From Eubacteriales bacterium (GTDB lineage: Bacteria; Bacillota; Clostridia; Oscillospirales; CAG-272): a DNA stretch of 64,000 nucleotides. Under the pieces are notes generated by a model. That model saw only the letters and a list, made by a program, of their open reading frames with translations. It ran no database searches and was not told the DNA's origin. The position numbers and the translations under genes were made by a program. Positions within the stretch are counted from its first letter, which is position 1, and each line of letters opens with the position of its first letter. The stretch lies in the NCBI GenBank assembly GCA_045540755.1, contig JAZQHV010000026.1:2179-66178 (forward strand), written 5' to 3'. Positions 1 to 9,393 of this stretch are shown here, piece after piece.

Positions 1-12
1 GGCACGCGGGAT

Positions 13-1344
13 ATGACCGTGGGAAACATCTACAAATGCATCCTCTTTTTCGCACTGCCTGTGTTTCTCAGTCAGGTCTTTCAACAGCTCTATAACACCG
101 CCGACACCTTTCTCGTCGGAAAATTTTTAGGCACGAACGCGCTTGCCGCCGTCTCCTCCTCAGGAAACCTGATCTTCCTCTTGATCAGCTTTTTCGAGGG
201 TGTTGCCGTCGGTGCGGGCATCGTCATCTCCCGCTATTTCGGTGCGGGACAGAAAGAGCGCGTTGCCCACGCGATCCACACCGACCTCGCTTGCGGTCTT
301 TTCAGCGGTGCTCTGCTCACCGTGGTGGGCGTGGCATTCACCCCCACCTTTCTCGTCTGGATGCACGTGGATCCCGAGGTACTGCCCGAGGCGATCGAAT
401 ATTTTCGCTACTATTTCCTCGGCGCGCTGTTTCTGGTGCTCTACAACATCTGCCGCGGCATCATGAATGCCCTCGGCGACAGCCGACGCCCGCTCTACTA
501 CCTCATTTTTTCCTCGCTACTTAACGTCCTGCTCGACCTGCTCTTTCTCGGCGTTTTCCGTTTCGGTGTGTGGTCGGCGGCAATGGCAACCGTCATTTCA
601 CAGGCGGCAAGCGTTGTGCTCTGCCTGCGCTATCTGATGCGCAAGGATTCTCTCTTCCGTGTAGAGCTCCGCAAGATCCGATTCCACCGAGAGATCCTCG
701 GCGAGATCATCCGTTACGGTCTGCCGAGCGGTGTACAGAACTCTGTGATCGGCCTTGCCAACGTCGTTTTACAGGCGCAGGTCAACTCCTTTGGCAAAAT
801 GGCGATGGCGGCGTTCGGCACGCAGGCAAAGATCGAGGGCTTTGCCTTTATGCCCATCACAGGCTTTAACCTTGCACTGACCACCTTTATCGGGCAGAAC
901 CTCGGCGCCGCGCAGTACGATCGCGCAAAGAAAGGCGCGCGCTTCGGCATTCTCTCTGCCGTGGTGCTTGCTGAGCTGATCGGTGTGATCTACTACTTTT
1001 TCGCCCCCGACCTCATCGGGCTCTTTGACAAGTCGCCCGAGGTCATCGCGCTCGGCACACAGCACGCGCGCACGCTCGTCTTTTTCTACTGTCTGCTCGC
1101 ATTTTCACACTCGGTTGCCGCCGTTTTGCGCGGCGCGGGTAAGGCGTTTGTCCCCATGCTCGTCATGCTCTCGGTATGGTGCGTACTGCGCCTCATCTAC
1201 GTCATGAGCGTGATGCATTTTATCGGCGAGATCGGCTATATCTACTGGGCGTATCCCATCACGTGGACGATCAGCTCGATCATCTACTTTCTCTACTACC
1301 ACTTCTCCGATTGGGTACACGGATTTGAAAGGAAAAAAGCATGA
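13..1344 (+). CDS. MATE family efflux transporter (true start may lie upstream of the window edge)
   Basis: 443 aa with about 12 hydrophobic segments; MATE signatures QQLYNTADTFLVG, ISRYFGA, GDSRRPL, FIGQNLGA. Confidence 0.92.
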   Translation: MTVGNIYKCILFFALPVFLSQVFQQLYNTADTFLVGKFLGTNALAAVSSSGNLIFLLISFFEGVAVGAGIVISRYFGAGQKERVAHAIHTDLACGLFSGALLTVVGVAFTPTFLVWMHVDPEVLPEAIEYFRYYFLGALFLVLYNICRGIMNALGDSRRPLYYLIFSSLLNVLLDLLFLGVFRFGVWSAAMATVISQAASVVLCLRYLMRKDSLFRVELRKIRFHREILGEIIRYGLPSGVQNSVIGLANVVLQAQVNSFGKMAMAAFGTQAKIEGFAFMPITGFNLALTTFIGQNLGAAQYDRAKKGARFGILSAVVLAELIGVIYYFFAPDLIGLFDKSPEVIALGTQHARTLVFFYCLLAFSHSVAAVLRGAGKAFVPMLVMLSVWCVLRLIYVMSVMHFIGEIGYIYWAYPITWTISSIIYFLYYHFSDWVHGFERKKA

Positions 1345-2099
1345 ACAACGAAAAGATCAAGCCCGTTTACGAACCGGGCACCAAGTTCACACGATGGCTG
1401 GATAACTTCTGGTACCACCACAAGTGGAAGGTCATCATCATCGCATTTCTCGTGATCACGTTCCTTGTCTGCACCGTGCAGATGTGCAGCCGTACCGAGG
1501 CGGATATCCACATTCTCTACGCAGGTCCCTACAAGTTTGGGCAGACCGACACGCGCAGCTTTGAGAGCGCGTTTGCCGAGATCGTGACCGACCGCAACGG
1601 CGACGGCAAGGTCTACGCACAGCTTGCCGACTACTATATCCTCTCAGACGAGCAGATCACGGGTGAGCTTGCAAAAATGACCGCAAACGGCGAGACCGCC
1701 GTAGTCAATTACGAAATGTTTGCCTCCAGCCGCAAGGCGTTTGACCAGCACATCATGGCAGGCGAAATGGTCATCTGCCTGCTCGATCCCCACCTCTACG
1801 CCGACGTATACGTTTACGGGGACGACGGCGAAAAACTTTCAGGCTTTATGAAGCTGGAAACCGTGCTCGGTTATAAGCCCGAATACGCCGTAGACGACTA
1901 CGCCGTCCGCATCGGCGACACCCCGATGGGACAGTATTTCTCGGTGCTTTCGGGACTGGACCGCGATACCCTGCTCTGCGTGCGCGAGATGAGCAGTTTC
2001 TCCTTCCTTGCGGGCAAAAAGCGCACCGAGGAGCACCATGCATATTGTCTGGAGATCTTCAAAAAGATCTTCGCATTTGAAGCGCCTACGGCAGAATAA
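1341..2099 (+). CDS. Hypothetical membrane-anchored protein with DxNxDG loop
   Basis: 252 aa, overlaps MATE stop (ATGA); DNFWYHHKW then one TM helix; DRNGDGKV motif. Confidence 0.75.
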   Translation: MNNEKIKPVYEPGTKFTRWLDNFWYHHKWKVIIIAFLVITFLVCTVQMCSRTEADIHILYAGPYKFGQTDTRSFESAFAEIVTDRNGDGKVYAQLADYYILSDEQITGELAKMTANGETAVVNYEMFASSRKAFDQHIMAGEMVICLLDPHLYADVYVYGDDGEKLSGFMKLETVLGYKPEYAVDDYAVRIGDTPMGQYFSVLSGLDRDTLLCVREMSSFSFLAGKKRTEEHHAYCLEIFKKIFAFEAPTAE

Positions 2100-2131
2100 G
2101 CAAGGCAAATTACGTTTTATCCTTTCACAGC

Positions 2132-2162
2132 AAAAAAGATCCGCCCGAGGGCGGATCTTTTT
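2132..2162. terminator. Bidirectional intrinsic terminator
   Basis: AAAAAAGATCCGCCC-GA-GGGCGGATCTTTTT between convergent genes. Confidence 0.85.
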
Positions 2163-2165
2163 ACT

Positions 2166-3671
2166 TTAGTCGTTAACGAGGTCCTGCATAATGTCGTTGA
2201 TGGTCTTGATCTTAACTTCTGCCTGCGACTTGTAGGTCTCATACATGGAGGAGATCGGCGTGCGGTTGACAAACATTCTGCCGAGCTGATCCTTGTAGGT
2301 ACCGATGTTGTAGTATGCGCCGAGGTCGTATACGCGGGAAGCAAAGATGATGTCGAGCATCTCTACGCTGTCCTCATCGCGCACGCTTCTGCCCACGAGT
2401 GTCTGCTCATAGTACGCAGGGCGGATGATCTCCTGACCCTGATATGCAAGCTCTTCGAGGACGATACCGCTACGCTCATAGTCGGGCGCAAGCTCGGGGA
2501 TGCAGATAAACTGGCTGTGGTATGCGCTGACCTGGTGGCCGTAGTTGTCCTGCGTATCGTCAAACTTGGGATACGGCAATACGCCGAAGTCTACGTCGCT
2601 GTCGCGGTGACGCTCAACGGTAGCAAGAGTATTGAGGTAGAATACCGCACGGTTCTCGGTAAAGATGGCGTCACGGTTGGTATTCCATACCGAGGAAGGC
2701 GTAGCCTTGCCCGTTACGTTGTCGTACTGATAGTTGTAGGAATGCGCCGCATCAAATACGATGGACTGTACCGCATCGTACAGGTTGACAACGCGCTCGT
2801 TGTAAAGCGAAAGCTCGATGAGACCCTGCTCGTTGACCGTGCAGATCTTTTCGCCCGCGGTGGACAGGAAGGCAACCATCGGGTCGTTCCAGGTGAGCAG
2901 ACCGTAGCGGTCGTTTTCATTGTAAATGCCGTCCTGATTGAGATCCTCGCCGACGCTCTTTACGAGCTGACCGAACTTTTCGAGATACCACTCGTCATCG
3001 CGCACGAGATCGTACGGATTCTCGAGATCGTACTCGGAGATCATGTCCTTGTTGAACAGGATAGCGTGCGTGGTCATGTGGTTGACAACGCCGATATCAC
3101 CGTTGGTATAGAACATCTTGCCGTTGATGGAAAGGTCCTCGTTGGCACGCTGATCCCAGTAGTCCTTTTCCAGGTTCAGATAGGGGATGTCGTTGAGGTC
3201 ATGGATGTAGCCGCTGTATGCCAGCGTGCAGACGTCGTATGTACCGATGGAGGCAGCATCATAGTTGCTCTCGCCCGACATATAGTCGGTATAGATCTTG
3301 GTAAATCCGGTGCCGCTGCCGTTGGTCGAGCCGAACTTGGTGACGTCCTCGTCTACGATCTCCACACCGTACTTTTCCTTCATCAATTCGTTACGGCGGA
3401 AAATGGCGATCTCTACCGCGGTCGAGCCCTCCTCGCCGTCCGAATGGAAGTCATTGCGAACGTAGTTGCCGCTGACAAGAATGTTGAACTCGCCTGCAAT
3501 GTTCAGCGTCTCGGGCGCGGGCAGGTCGGGAACGTTGGTGGGCGCGGTGGTCTCCACGGGAGCCGCCGTCGTTACGGGCGCCTCGGTGGTCGCGACGGGG
3601 TCACCGCCACAGGAAGCCAATGCCGATACGAGCATAAGTGCCGCAAGCAGCAAAGAAAGCATCTTTTTCAT
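2166..3671 (-). CDS. Extracellular solute-binding lipoprotein (ABC carbohydrate SBP-like), paralog 1
   Basis: Lipobox LASC, T/A/P linker, FNKDMI, DLNQDG, DFGVLPYPK, PAYYE, RDEDSVEMLDII. Confidence 0.85.
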   Translation of the reverse strand: MKKMLSLLLAALMLVSALASCGGDPVATTEAPVTTAAPVETTAPTNVPDLPAPETLNIAGEFNILVSGNYVRNDFHSDGEEGSTAVEIAIFRRNELMKEKYGVEIVDEDVTKFGSTNGSGTGFTKIYTDYMSGESNYDAASIGTYDVCTLAYSGYIHDLNDIPYLNLEKDYWDQRANEDLSINGKMFYTNGDIGVVNHMTTHAILFNKDMISEYDLENPYDLVRDDEWYLEKFGQLVKSVGEDLNQDGIYNENDRYGLLTWNDPMVAFLSTAGEKICTVNEQGLIELSLYNERVVNLYDAVQSIVFDAAHSYNYQYDNVTGKATPSSVWNTNRDAIFTENRAVFYLNTLATVERHRDSDVDFGVLPYPKFDDTQDNYGHQVSAYHSQFICIPELAPDYERSGIVLEELAYQGQEIIRPAYYEQTLVGRSVRDEDSVEMLDIIFASRVYDLGAYYNIGTYKDQLGRMFVNRTPISSMYETYKSQAEVKIKTINDIMQDLVND

Positions 3672-3706
3672 AGTTTTTTCCTCTCTTTCAAGGTTTTCTG
3701 TCTATT

Positions 3707-3735
3707 ATTATACACAAATTCCGAGAATTGCACAA
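3707..3735 (-). promoter_or_regulatory. Putative sigma-A promoter of SBP paralog 1
   Basis: TTGTGC-17bp-TATAAT on minus strand upstream of 3671. Confidence 0.5.
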
Positions 3736-3790
3736 TATAAATTTCATGCAAAAAGATCAAGTGAATTTTAGTTTTTTACACCAAAGGAGG

Positions 3791-3857
3791 GGGAAACTGT
3801 AATTCGAAATACAGTTGGCTTCCCCTTGAGGGGAAGGCTTATAACTTCCAATTTCTC
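3791..3857. repeat. Degenerate two-site REP cassette A (ATAG-type left, GGAA-type right)
   Basis: GGGAAACTGTAATTCGAAA (decayed ATAG site), CTTCCCCTTGAGGGGAAG hairpin, AACTTCCAATTTCTC at 3843-3857. Confidence 0.6.
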
Positions 3858-3903
3858 GCTTGGATTTTTGCCTTCGGCAAAAATCCACCTTTTCTCTTCA
3901 CTG

Positions 3904-3931
3904 AAAAAAGCACCCTTTCGGGTGCTTTTTT
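3904..3931 (-). terminator. Intrinsic terminator
   Basis: AAAAAAGCACCCTTTCGGGTGCTTTTTT directly after SBP paralog 2 stop. Confidence 0.85.
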
Positions 3932-3936
3932 GAAAA

Positions 3937-5439
3937 TCACTCCAGCTCGGACATGAACTCGTTGATAAGCTTCAGCATCTGCTCGGCAGGGTTGCGGAAG
4001 GTCTCGTAGATCGAGGCGATTGGTGCGCGGTCGATGCACAGGTTGACCAGTTTATCCGAATAGGAACCGATCTTGTAGTAGTTACCGACGTCGTACACAC
4101 GAGAGGCGAAGATGATGTCCAGCATCTCCACGCTCTCCTCGTCACGCATGGTCTGACCGACGAGGGTCTGGTCATAGTAAGCAGGCGTAAGGATCTCCTT
4201 GCCCTGATATGCCAGCTCCTCAAGGACAATGCCCGTGCGCTCCGCATCCTGAATCATCGCAGGCACACAGAGGAACTGCGCGTGGAAGGAACTGATGGCG
4301 TGGCCGTAGCTCTCCTGCTCCTTTTCAAACTTGGGCATCGGCAGAATACCGAAATCCACGTCGCTGTCACGGTGACGGTTAACAACAGTGAGCAGGCTCA
4401 TGTAAAATACCGTGCGTCCCTCCGTAAAGACAGCATCGCGGTTGGTATCCCACGTACCGATGGGCGACTGTGCACCCGTCAGATTGTCGTACTGGTAGTT
4501 GTACACGTGCGCCTGGTCATATGCCATTGCCTGATATGCCTCCAGCAGGTTGACCATACGCTCGTTGTAGAAGGTCAGCTCAAGCAGACCCTCGTCGTTG
4601 ATCTTGCAAACGCGCTCGTTGCCTGCGGCATAGATGCCGAGGGTCGCGTCCTTCCAGGTCATGAGACCGTACTTATCCTTTTCGTTATAAATACCGTCCT
4701 GATTGAGATCCTCGCCGACCTCCTTCACGAGTGCCGCAAAGTTTTCGAGCGTCCACTCGTCCTCGCGTACCATCTGATACGGATCGTCCAGACCGTACTC
4801 GTCGATCATATCCTTGTTGAACAGGACCGCATGGGTAAAGAGGTTGTCCGTGATGGAAATATCGCCCGTGGTGTAGTACATCTTACCGTTCAGGGAAAGA
4901 TGCTCGTTGGCGCGCTGATCCCAATAGTCCTTGGAAAGATCCATGTGCGGCATCTTGGCAAGATCGTAGATGTAGCCGCTGTACGCAAGCGTTGCCACGT
5001 CAAAGGTGCCGATCATTGCCGCATCAATCGCATTGTTTCCCGACATATACTCGGTATACATCTTGGTAAAGCCCTTGCCACTGCCGTTTGCCGTGTTGAA
5101 CTGCGTTTCGTCCTCCACGACGATCTCCACGCCATACTTTTCCTTGATGTACTCATTGCGGCGGTGGATGGCAATATCGATCGCCGAGGACTCGGGATCG
5201 TTGGTGTTAAAGTCGGTCAGTCCCGCTTTTCTCGCCGAGTTGCCCGCAACGTACATATTGAACTCGCCGCCGATGTTCAGCGTAGCCGCATCGGGCAGAT
5301 CGGGGGCATCGTCGGGCGCCTCGGTCACGGGGGCAGCCGTGGTCTCGGGAGCCTCGGTCACGGCGACCTCGCCGCCGCAAGCCGCAAGCAGAGAGCAAAG
5401 CATGACTGTTGCAAGAAGCATTGCAAGAATTCTTTTCAT
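3937..5439 (-). CDS. Extracellular solute-binding lipoprotein, paralog 2
   Basis: Lipobox LAAC; same motif series as 2166..3671. Confidence 0.85.
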   Translation of the reverse strand: MKRILAMLLATVMLCSLLAACGGEVAVTEAPETTAAPVTEAPDDAPDLPDAATLNIGGEFNMYVAGNSARKAGLTDFNTNDPESSAIDIAIHRRNEYIKEKYGVEIVVEDETQFNTANGSGKGFTKMYTEYMSGNNAIDAAMIGTFDVATLAYSGYIYDLAKMPHMDLSKDYWDQRANEHLSLNGKMYYTTGDISITDNLFTHAVLFNKDMIDEYGLDDPYQMVREDEWTLENFAALVKEVGEDLNQDGIYNEKDKYGLMTWKDATLGIYAAGNERVCKINDEGLLELTFYNERMVNLLEAYQAMAYDQAHVYNYQYDNLTGAQSPIGTWDTNRDAVFTEGRTVFYMSLLTVVNRHRDSDVDFGILPMPKFEKEQESYGHAISSFHAQFLCVPAMIQDAERTGIVLEELAYQGKEILTPAYYDQTLVGQTMRDEESVEMLDIIFASRVYDVGNYYKIGSYSDKLVNLCIDRAPIASIYETFRNPAEQMLKLINEFMSELE

Positions 5440-5551
5440 GAGAAATCCTCACTTTCTAAAATACTACCTATATTTTACTAAAAAAGCGCACGGCTTGCAA
5501 CATAAAAAACCGCCGAAAATCTTCTTTGTCTTTTGTGCGCAATGATTAATA

Positions 5552-5583
5552 AAAATCGCCTCTTTATACAAAGAGGCGATTTT
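5552..5583 (-). terminator. Intrinsic terminator
   Basis: AAAATCGCCTCTTT-ATAC-AAAGAGGCGATTTT after SDR stop. Confidence 0.75.
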
Positions 5584-5587
5584 AAAA

Positions 5588-6361
5588 TTACTTGTGCTGG
5601 CAGGCGCGACCTGCGTCGATCGCGTAGTTGGAGCCTGTGATAAAGGATGCCTGGTCACTGCAAAGATAGGTGATGAGATTGACGACCTCGATCGGCTCTG
5701 CCGCACGGCCGAGCAGTGTGGGAGTCTTTGCCATTGCCTCGCGGGTGAGGACGGGACCGGGGGAGACCGCGTTACAACGGATGTTGTAGGGTGCGCCGTA
5801 CTGCGCCATCGACTTTGTCATGCCGAACATAAGACCCGCCTTTGCGGTCGCATAGTCTGCCGCACCGCCGTTGCCGCCGCGCGAGCCGACCGCACTACCG
5901 AGATACAGGATCACGCCGCCGTTACCGCCGTCGATCATGTCGCCGATGCAAGCACGGGTGAGGTACATCGGTCCCTTGAGGTTGACGTCAATGCCCCAGT
6001 CGAGAGCCTCAATAGGCCAGTCGCGGAACTTTTCCTGCACATGGTTGATGCGGCCCGAAGCGCCGCCCGCGCTATTGATAAGGAAGTCGATGCGGCCAAA
6101 CGCCTCCATCGCCTTGTTGCGAACGTTCATCACCTGTTCGAAATCGCGGATATCCGCCGAGACAGCAACCGCCTTGCCGCCCTTGGCGACGATGTCTGCC
6201 GCGACCGCGTCAATACCCGCCTGATTGATATCGGTGAGGACAACGTTTGCGCCCATCTCACCGAAGCGCTCTGCCGAGAGTCTGCCGATGCCGCTTGCCG
6301 CGCCCGTAACGATGGCAGTTCTGCCCGTAAAGTCAAAATTGATCGGATCTGTATAGCTCAT
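5588..6361 (-). CDS. SDR family NAD(P)-dependent oxidoreductase
   Basis: TGAASGIG Rossmann motif, NSAG, catalytic YATAK, NAVSPG. Confidence 0.93.
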   Translation of the reverse strand: MSYTDPINFDFTGRTAIVTGAASGIGRLSAERFGEMGANVVLTDINQAGIDAVAADIVAKGGKAVAVSADIRDFEQVMNVRNKAMEAFGRIDFLINSAGGASGRINHVQEKFRDWPIEALDWGIDVNLKGPMYLTRACIGDMIDGGNGGVILYLGSAVGSRGGNGGAADYATAKAGLMFGMTKSMAQYGAPYNIRCNAVSPGPVLTREAMAKTPTLLGRAAEPIEVVNLITYLCSDQASFITGSNYAIDAGRACQHK

Positions 6362-6461
6362 GAGAATACCTCCTGCGTTTGTTTCTACCTTAATGATAAA
6401 CCTTTCCGTAAAAAAAGCAATGTCTTTTGTGATAATTTTTTTGTACCGCGCGATACAAAAG

Positions 6462-6487
6462 AAAAAGCACCCTTTTGGGTGCTTTTT
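6462..6487 (-). terminator. Intrinsic terminator
   Basis: AAAAAGCACCCTTTTGGGTGCTTTTT after P-type ATPase stop. Confidence 0.8.
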
Positions 6488-6490
6488 CCA

Positions 6491-9130
6491 TTATTTCTTT
6501 GCGAACTTTCTCTGGAAGAACTTGACGGTCTCGACGATCGGGATGGTGAGGAATGCAAGACCGATTGCTACTGCATACTCTGCCATGCTGACGGGAGCAA
6601 AGCCGAACGCATTTGCAAGGAACGGGATCTCGCAAACGAGCGTGGTCGCCACAAGGCTACCGAAAGCCGCAATGCCGAGCACCTTGTTGAAGCTGCCGAG
6701 ACGGAAGATCGAACCGCGCTGAGAGCGCATATTGAAGGAGTGGAAGATCTCTGCCATTGACATAGTGAGGAACGCCATGGTCATACCGTGCTCACTGTCG
6801 GTGATCGCAAAGGTGCCGGTCTCCATAAAGTGACCGATGAAGTACGAAAGAATGGTCAGTGCGGAGACCATGATACCCTGATATGCGATATCCACGCCCA
6901 TGCCGCCTGCAAACACGCCTTCCTTAGCGTTACGCGGCTTGCGCTGCATAATGCCGGGCTCAGCCTTTTCCATGCCGAGCGCGAGCGCGGGGAAACAGTC
7001 GGTAACGAGGTTGATGCAGAGCAGGTGTACCGGTTTCAGAATGGTGAAGCCCATAAGGGTAGTGACAAAGATCGAGATGACCTCGGACATATTGGAACCG
7101 AGCAGGAACTGGATCGCCTTGCGGATATTGTCGTAGATACGGCGACCTTCCTCAACGGCGCCGACGATGGTGGCAAAGTTGTCGTCTGCAAGGACCATAT
7201 CCGCAACGTTCTTGGTAACGTCGGTACCCGTGATGCCCATGCCGACGCCGATGTCGGCAGACTTGATGGAGGGAGCGTCGTTGACGCCGTCACCCGTCAT
7301 GGCGGTGACGTAACCCGCGCCGCGCCATGCGTTGACAATGCGCGTCTTGTGCTCGGGCTGTACACGTGCGTACACGCTGATGCTTTCAAATACCTTGGCA
7401 AACTCCTCGTCGCTCATTTCGGAGAGCTCGGAGCCGGTGATGGCACGCTTGCCCTCGGTGAGGATGCCAAGTTCCTTGGCGATCGCAACGGCGGTGTCGA
7501 TATGGTCGCCCGTGATCATAATGGCACGGATACCCGCGCTCTTGCACTCCACGATCGCGTCCTTGACCTCGGGGCGGACGGGGTCGATCATGCCCGTAAG
7601 ACCGACAAAGCAAAGATCGGTCTCCAGATCCGCAGGTTCAAGCGAGGCAGGCACTGCATCATAGGTGCGCATGGAGGCCGCCAGCACGCGGAGCGCGCGG
7701 TCTGCCATTGCCTTGTTCGCCGCCATGATCTCCTCAAGCTTTGCCTCGGTCATGGGAACGGTCTTGCCGTCTTCGACGTACGTGGTGCAACGGCGCAGGA
7801 TCTCGTCGGGCGCACCCTTGGTAAACTGTACGATCTTATCGCCCGTTTTGTGGACGGTGGACATCATCTTTCTGCCGCTGTCAAAGGGTGCCTCGCCGAC
7901 ACGGGGAGAGGTCTCCTTCAGGGCATTCTTCTTCAGGCCGAGCGATGCGGCATACGCAACCAGTGCAGCCTCGGTCGGCTCGCCCGTGACGCCGTCGGTC
8001 TCGTCATACTCCGCGTCCGAGCAGAGTGCCATTGCGGTGGCAAGCAGTTTTTCGTCGTCACCGTAGTGGTCCACGACAGTCATCTTGTTCTGGGTGAGCG
8101 TTCCCGTCTTATCCGAGCAGATGATCTGCGCACAGCCGAGCGTTTCTACCGCGGTCAGACGGCGAATGATGGCACGGCGCTTCGACATATTGGTCACACC
8201 GATGGACAGAACAACGGTAACGACCATGGCAAGTCCCTCGGGGATCGCCGCAACGGCAAGCGAAACGGCTACCATAAAGGACTCAAGGATCTTCTTGAAC
8301 AGCTCTGCCTCGGAGGGACGGAGAATCTGTACGGCGAAAATAACTACGCTGATGCCGAGTACGAGGTAGGTGAGGATCTTAGAGAGCTGTGCGAGCTTGA
8401 TCTGCAAGGGTGTCTGACCCTCTGCAGCGTTTGCAAGTGCGTCTGCGATCTTGCCCATCTCGGTCTCCATGCCCGTAGCGGTCACAACGAACGTGCCGCG
8501 ACCGTAAACGACCGTGGAGCCCATGTAGACCATATTCTTGCGGTCGCCGAGGGGAACGTCCTTCGACTCGTCGGCAAGGTTGATGATCTCCACCATCTTG
8601 TTGACGGGCACACTTTCACCCGTCAGTGCCGCCTCCTCGATCTTCATAGAGGCGTTCTCGATGATACGACCGTCTGCGGGAACGGCATCGCCTGCCTCGA
8701 GCAGAACAACGTCGCCGACAACGAGATCCTCGCTCTTGACGATCGCGATCTTGCCGTCGCGCAGGACCTTTGAGGTCGCCGCACTCATTTCCTGCAATGC
8801 TTCGATGGCTTTTTCCGCCTTGGACTCCTGGTACACGCCGAGTACCGCGTTCATAATGACGACAAAGAGGATGATGAACACATCCACAAAGCCTTCGCCC
8901 TCGATCGCCGCAGTCACGCCGCTGATCGCCGCCGCAACGAGCAGGATAATGATCATCGGGTCTGCAAGTTGCTTCATAAAGCGATGCAAGAGAGACTCTT
9001 TTTTCGCTTCCTTCAGCTTGTTCTTGCCGTTTTCGGCAAGGCGCTTTTCGGCTTCCGCGCTCGAAAGGCCCTCTGCCGAGGAATCGGTGGCTTTCAGCAC
9101 CTCTTCCATGCTTTCGGTGTAGAATTTCAT
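6491..9130 (-). CDS. Cation-translocating P-type ATPase (type IIA, Ca2+/Mn2+ exporter-like)
   Basis: LTGES, IPEGL, DKTGTLT, KGAPD, MTGDGVNDAP. Confidence 0.95.
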   Translation of the reverse strand: MKFYTESMEEVLKATDSSAEGLSSAEAEKRLAENGKNKLKEAKKESLLHRFMKQLADPMIIILLVAAAISGVTAAIEGEGFVDVFIILFVVIMNAVLGVYQESKAEKAIEALQEMSAATSKVLRDGKIAIVKSEDLVVGDVVLLEAGDAVPADGRIIENASMKIEEAALTGESVPVNKMVEIINLADESKDVPLGDRKNMVYMGSTVVYGRGTFVVTATGMETEMGKIADALANAAEGQTPLQIKLAQLSKILTYLVLGISVVIFAVQILRPSEAELFKKILESFMVAVSLAVAAIPEGLAMVVTVVLSIGVTNMSKRRAIIRRLTAVETLGCAQIICSDKTGTLTQNKMTVVDHYGDDEKLLATAMALCSDAEYDETDGVTGEPTEAALVAYAASLGLKKNALKETSPRVGEAPFDSGRKMMSTVHKTGDKIVQFTKGAPDEILRRCTTYVEDGKTVPMTEAKLEEIMAANKAMADRALRVLAASMRTYDAVPASLEPADLETDLCFVGLTGMIDPVRPEVKDAIVECKSAGIRAIMITGDHIDTAVAIAKELGILTEGKRAITGSELSEMSDEEFAKVFESISVYARVQPEHKTRIVNAWRGAGYVTAMTGDGVNDAPSIKSADIGVGMGITGTDVTKNVADMVLADDNFATIVGAVEEGRRIYDNIRKAIQFLLGSNMSEVISIFVTTLMGFTILKPVHLLCINLVTDCFPALALGMEKAEPGIMQRKPRNAKEGVFAGGMGVDIAYQGIMVSALTILSYFIGHFMETGTFAITDSEHGMTMAFLTMSMAEIFHSFNMRSQRGSIFRLGSFNKVLGIAAFGSLVATTLVCEIPFLANAFGFAPVSMAEYAVAIGLAFLTIPIVETVKFFQRKFAKK

Positions 9131-9205
9131 GTGATTCCCTTCCTTTTATATATTTATTTATATAATTATTCTTGCTGGAATATCATTATTTTAACAAAGA
9201 AAAAC

Positions 9206-9245
9206 AAAAAGACTCACGGATAGGAATAGCCTACCCATGAGTCTT
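9206..9245 (-). terminator. Riboswitch expression-platform terminator
   Basis: AAGACTCATGGGTAGG-CTATT-CCTATCCGTGAGTCTTTTT overlaps the 3' strand of aptamer P1. Confidence 0.8.
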
Positions 9246-9328
9246 GTCATTTCATCCAAACCAGATGCAAAAGCATCGACTGTTGACTTGGAACTTCGGA
9301 GATCTCTCGCGTGACTACTCCCTCACGG
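9235..9328 (-). ncRNA. yybP-ykoY (Mn2+) riboswitch aptamer
   Basis: Minus strand CCGTGAGGGAGTAGTC...GTCAACAG...CTGG...GACAAGACTCATGG matches the family consensus; sits upstream of a P-type ATPase, an established context. Confidence 0.85.
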
Positions 9329-9337
9329 AACAGTTGT

Positions 9338-9366
9338 ATTGTAACACGGAAAAATTTTCTTGTCAA
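9338..9366 (-). promoter_or_regulatory. Sigma-A promoter of riboswitch/ATPase
   Basis: TTGACA-17bp-TACAAT. Confidence 0.85.
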
Positions 9367-9393
9367 GGAAATTTTCCGTGACGTCGCGGTGAT

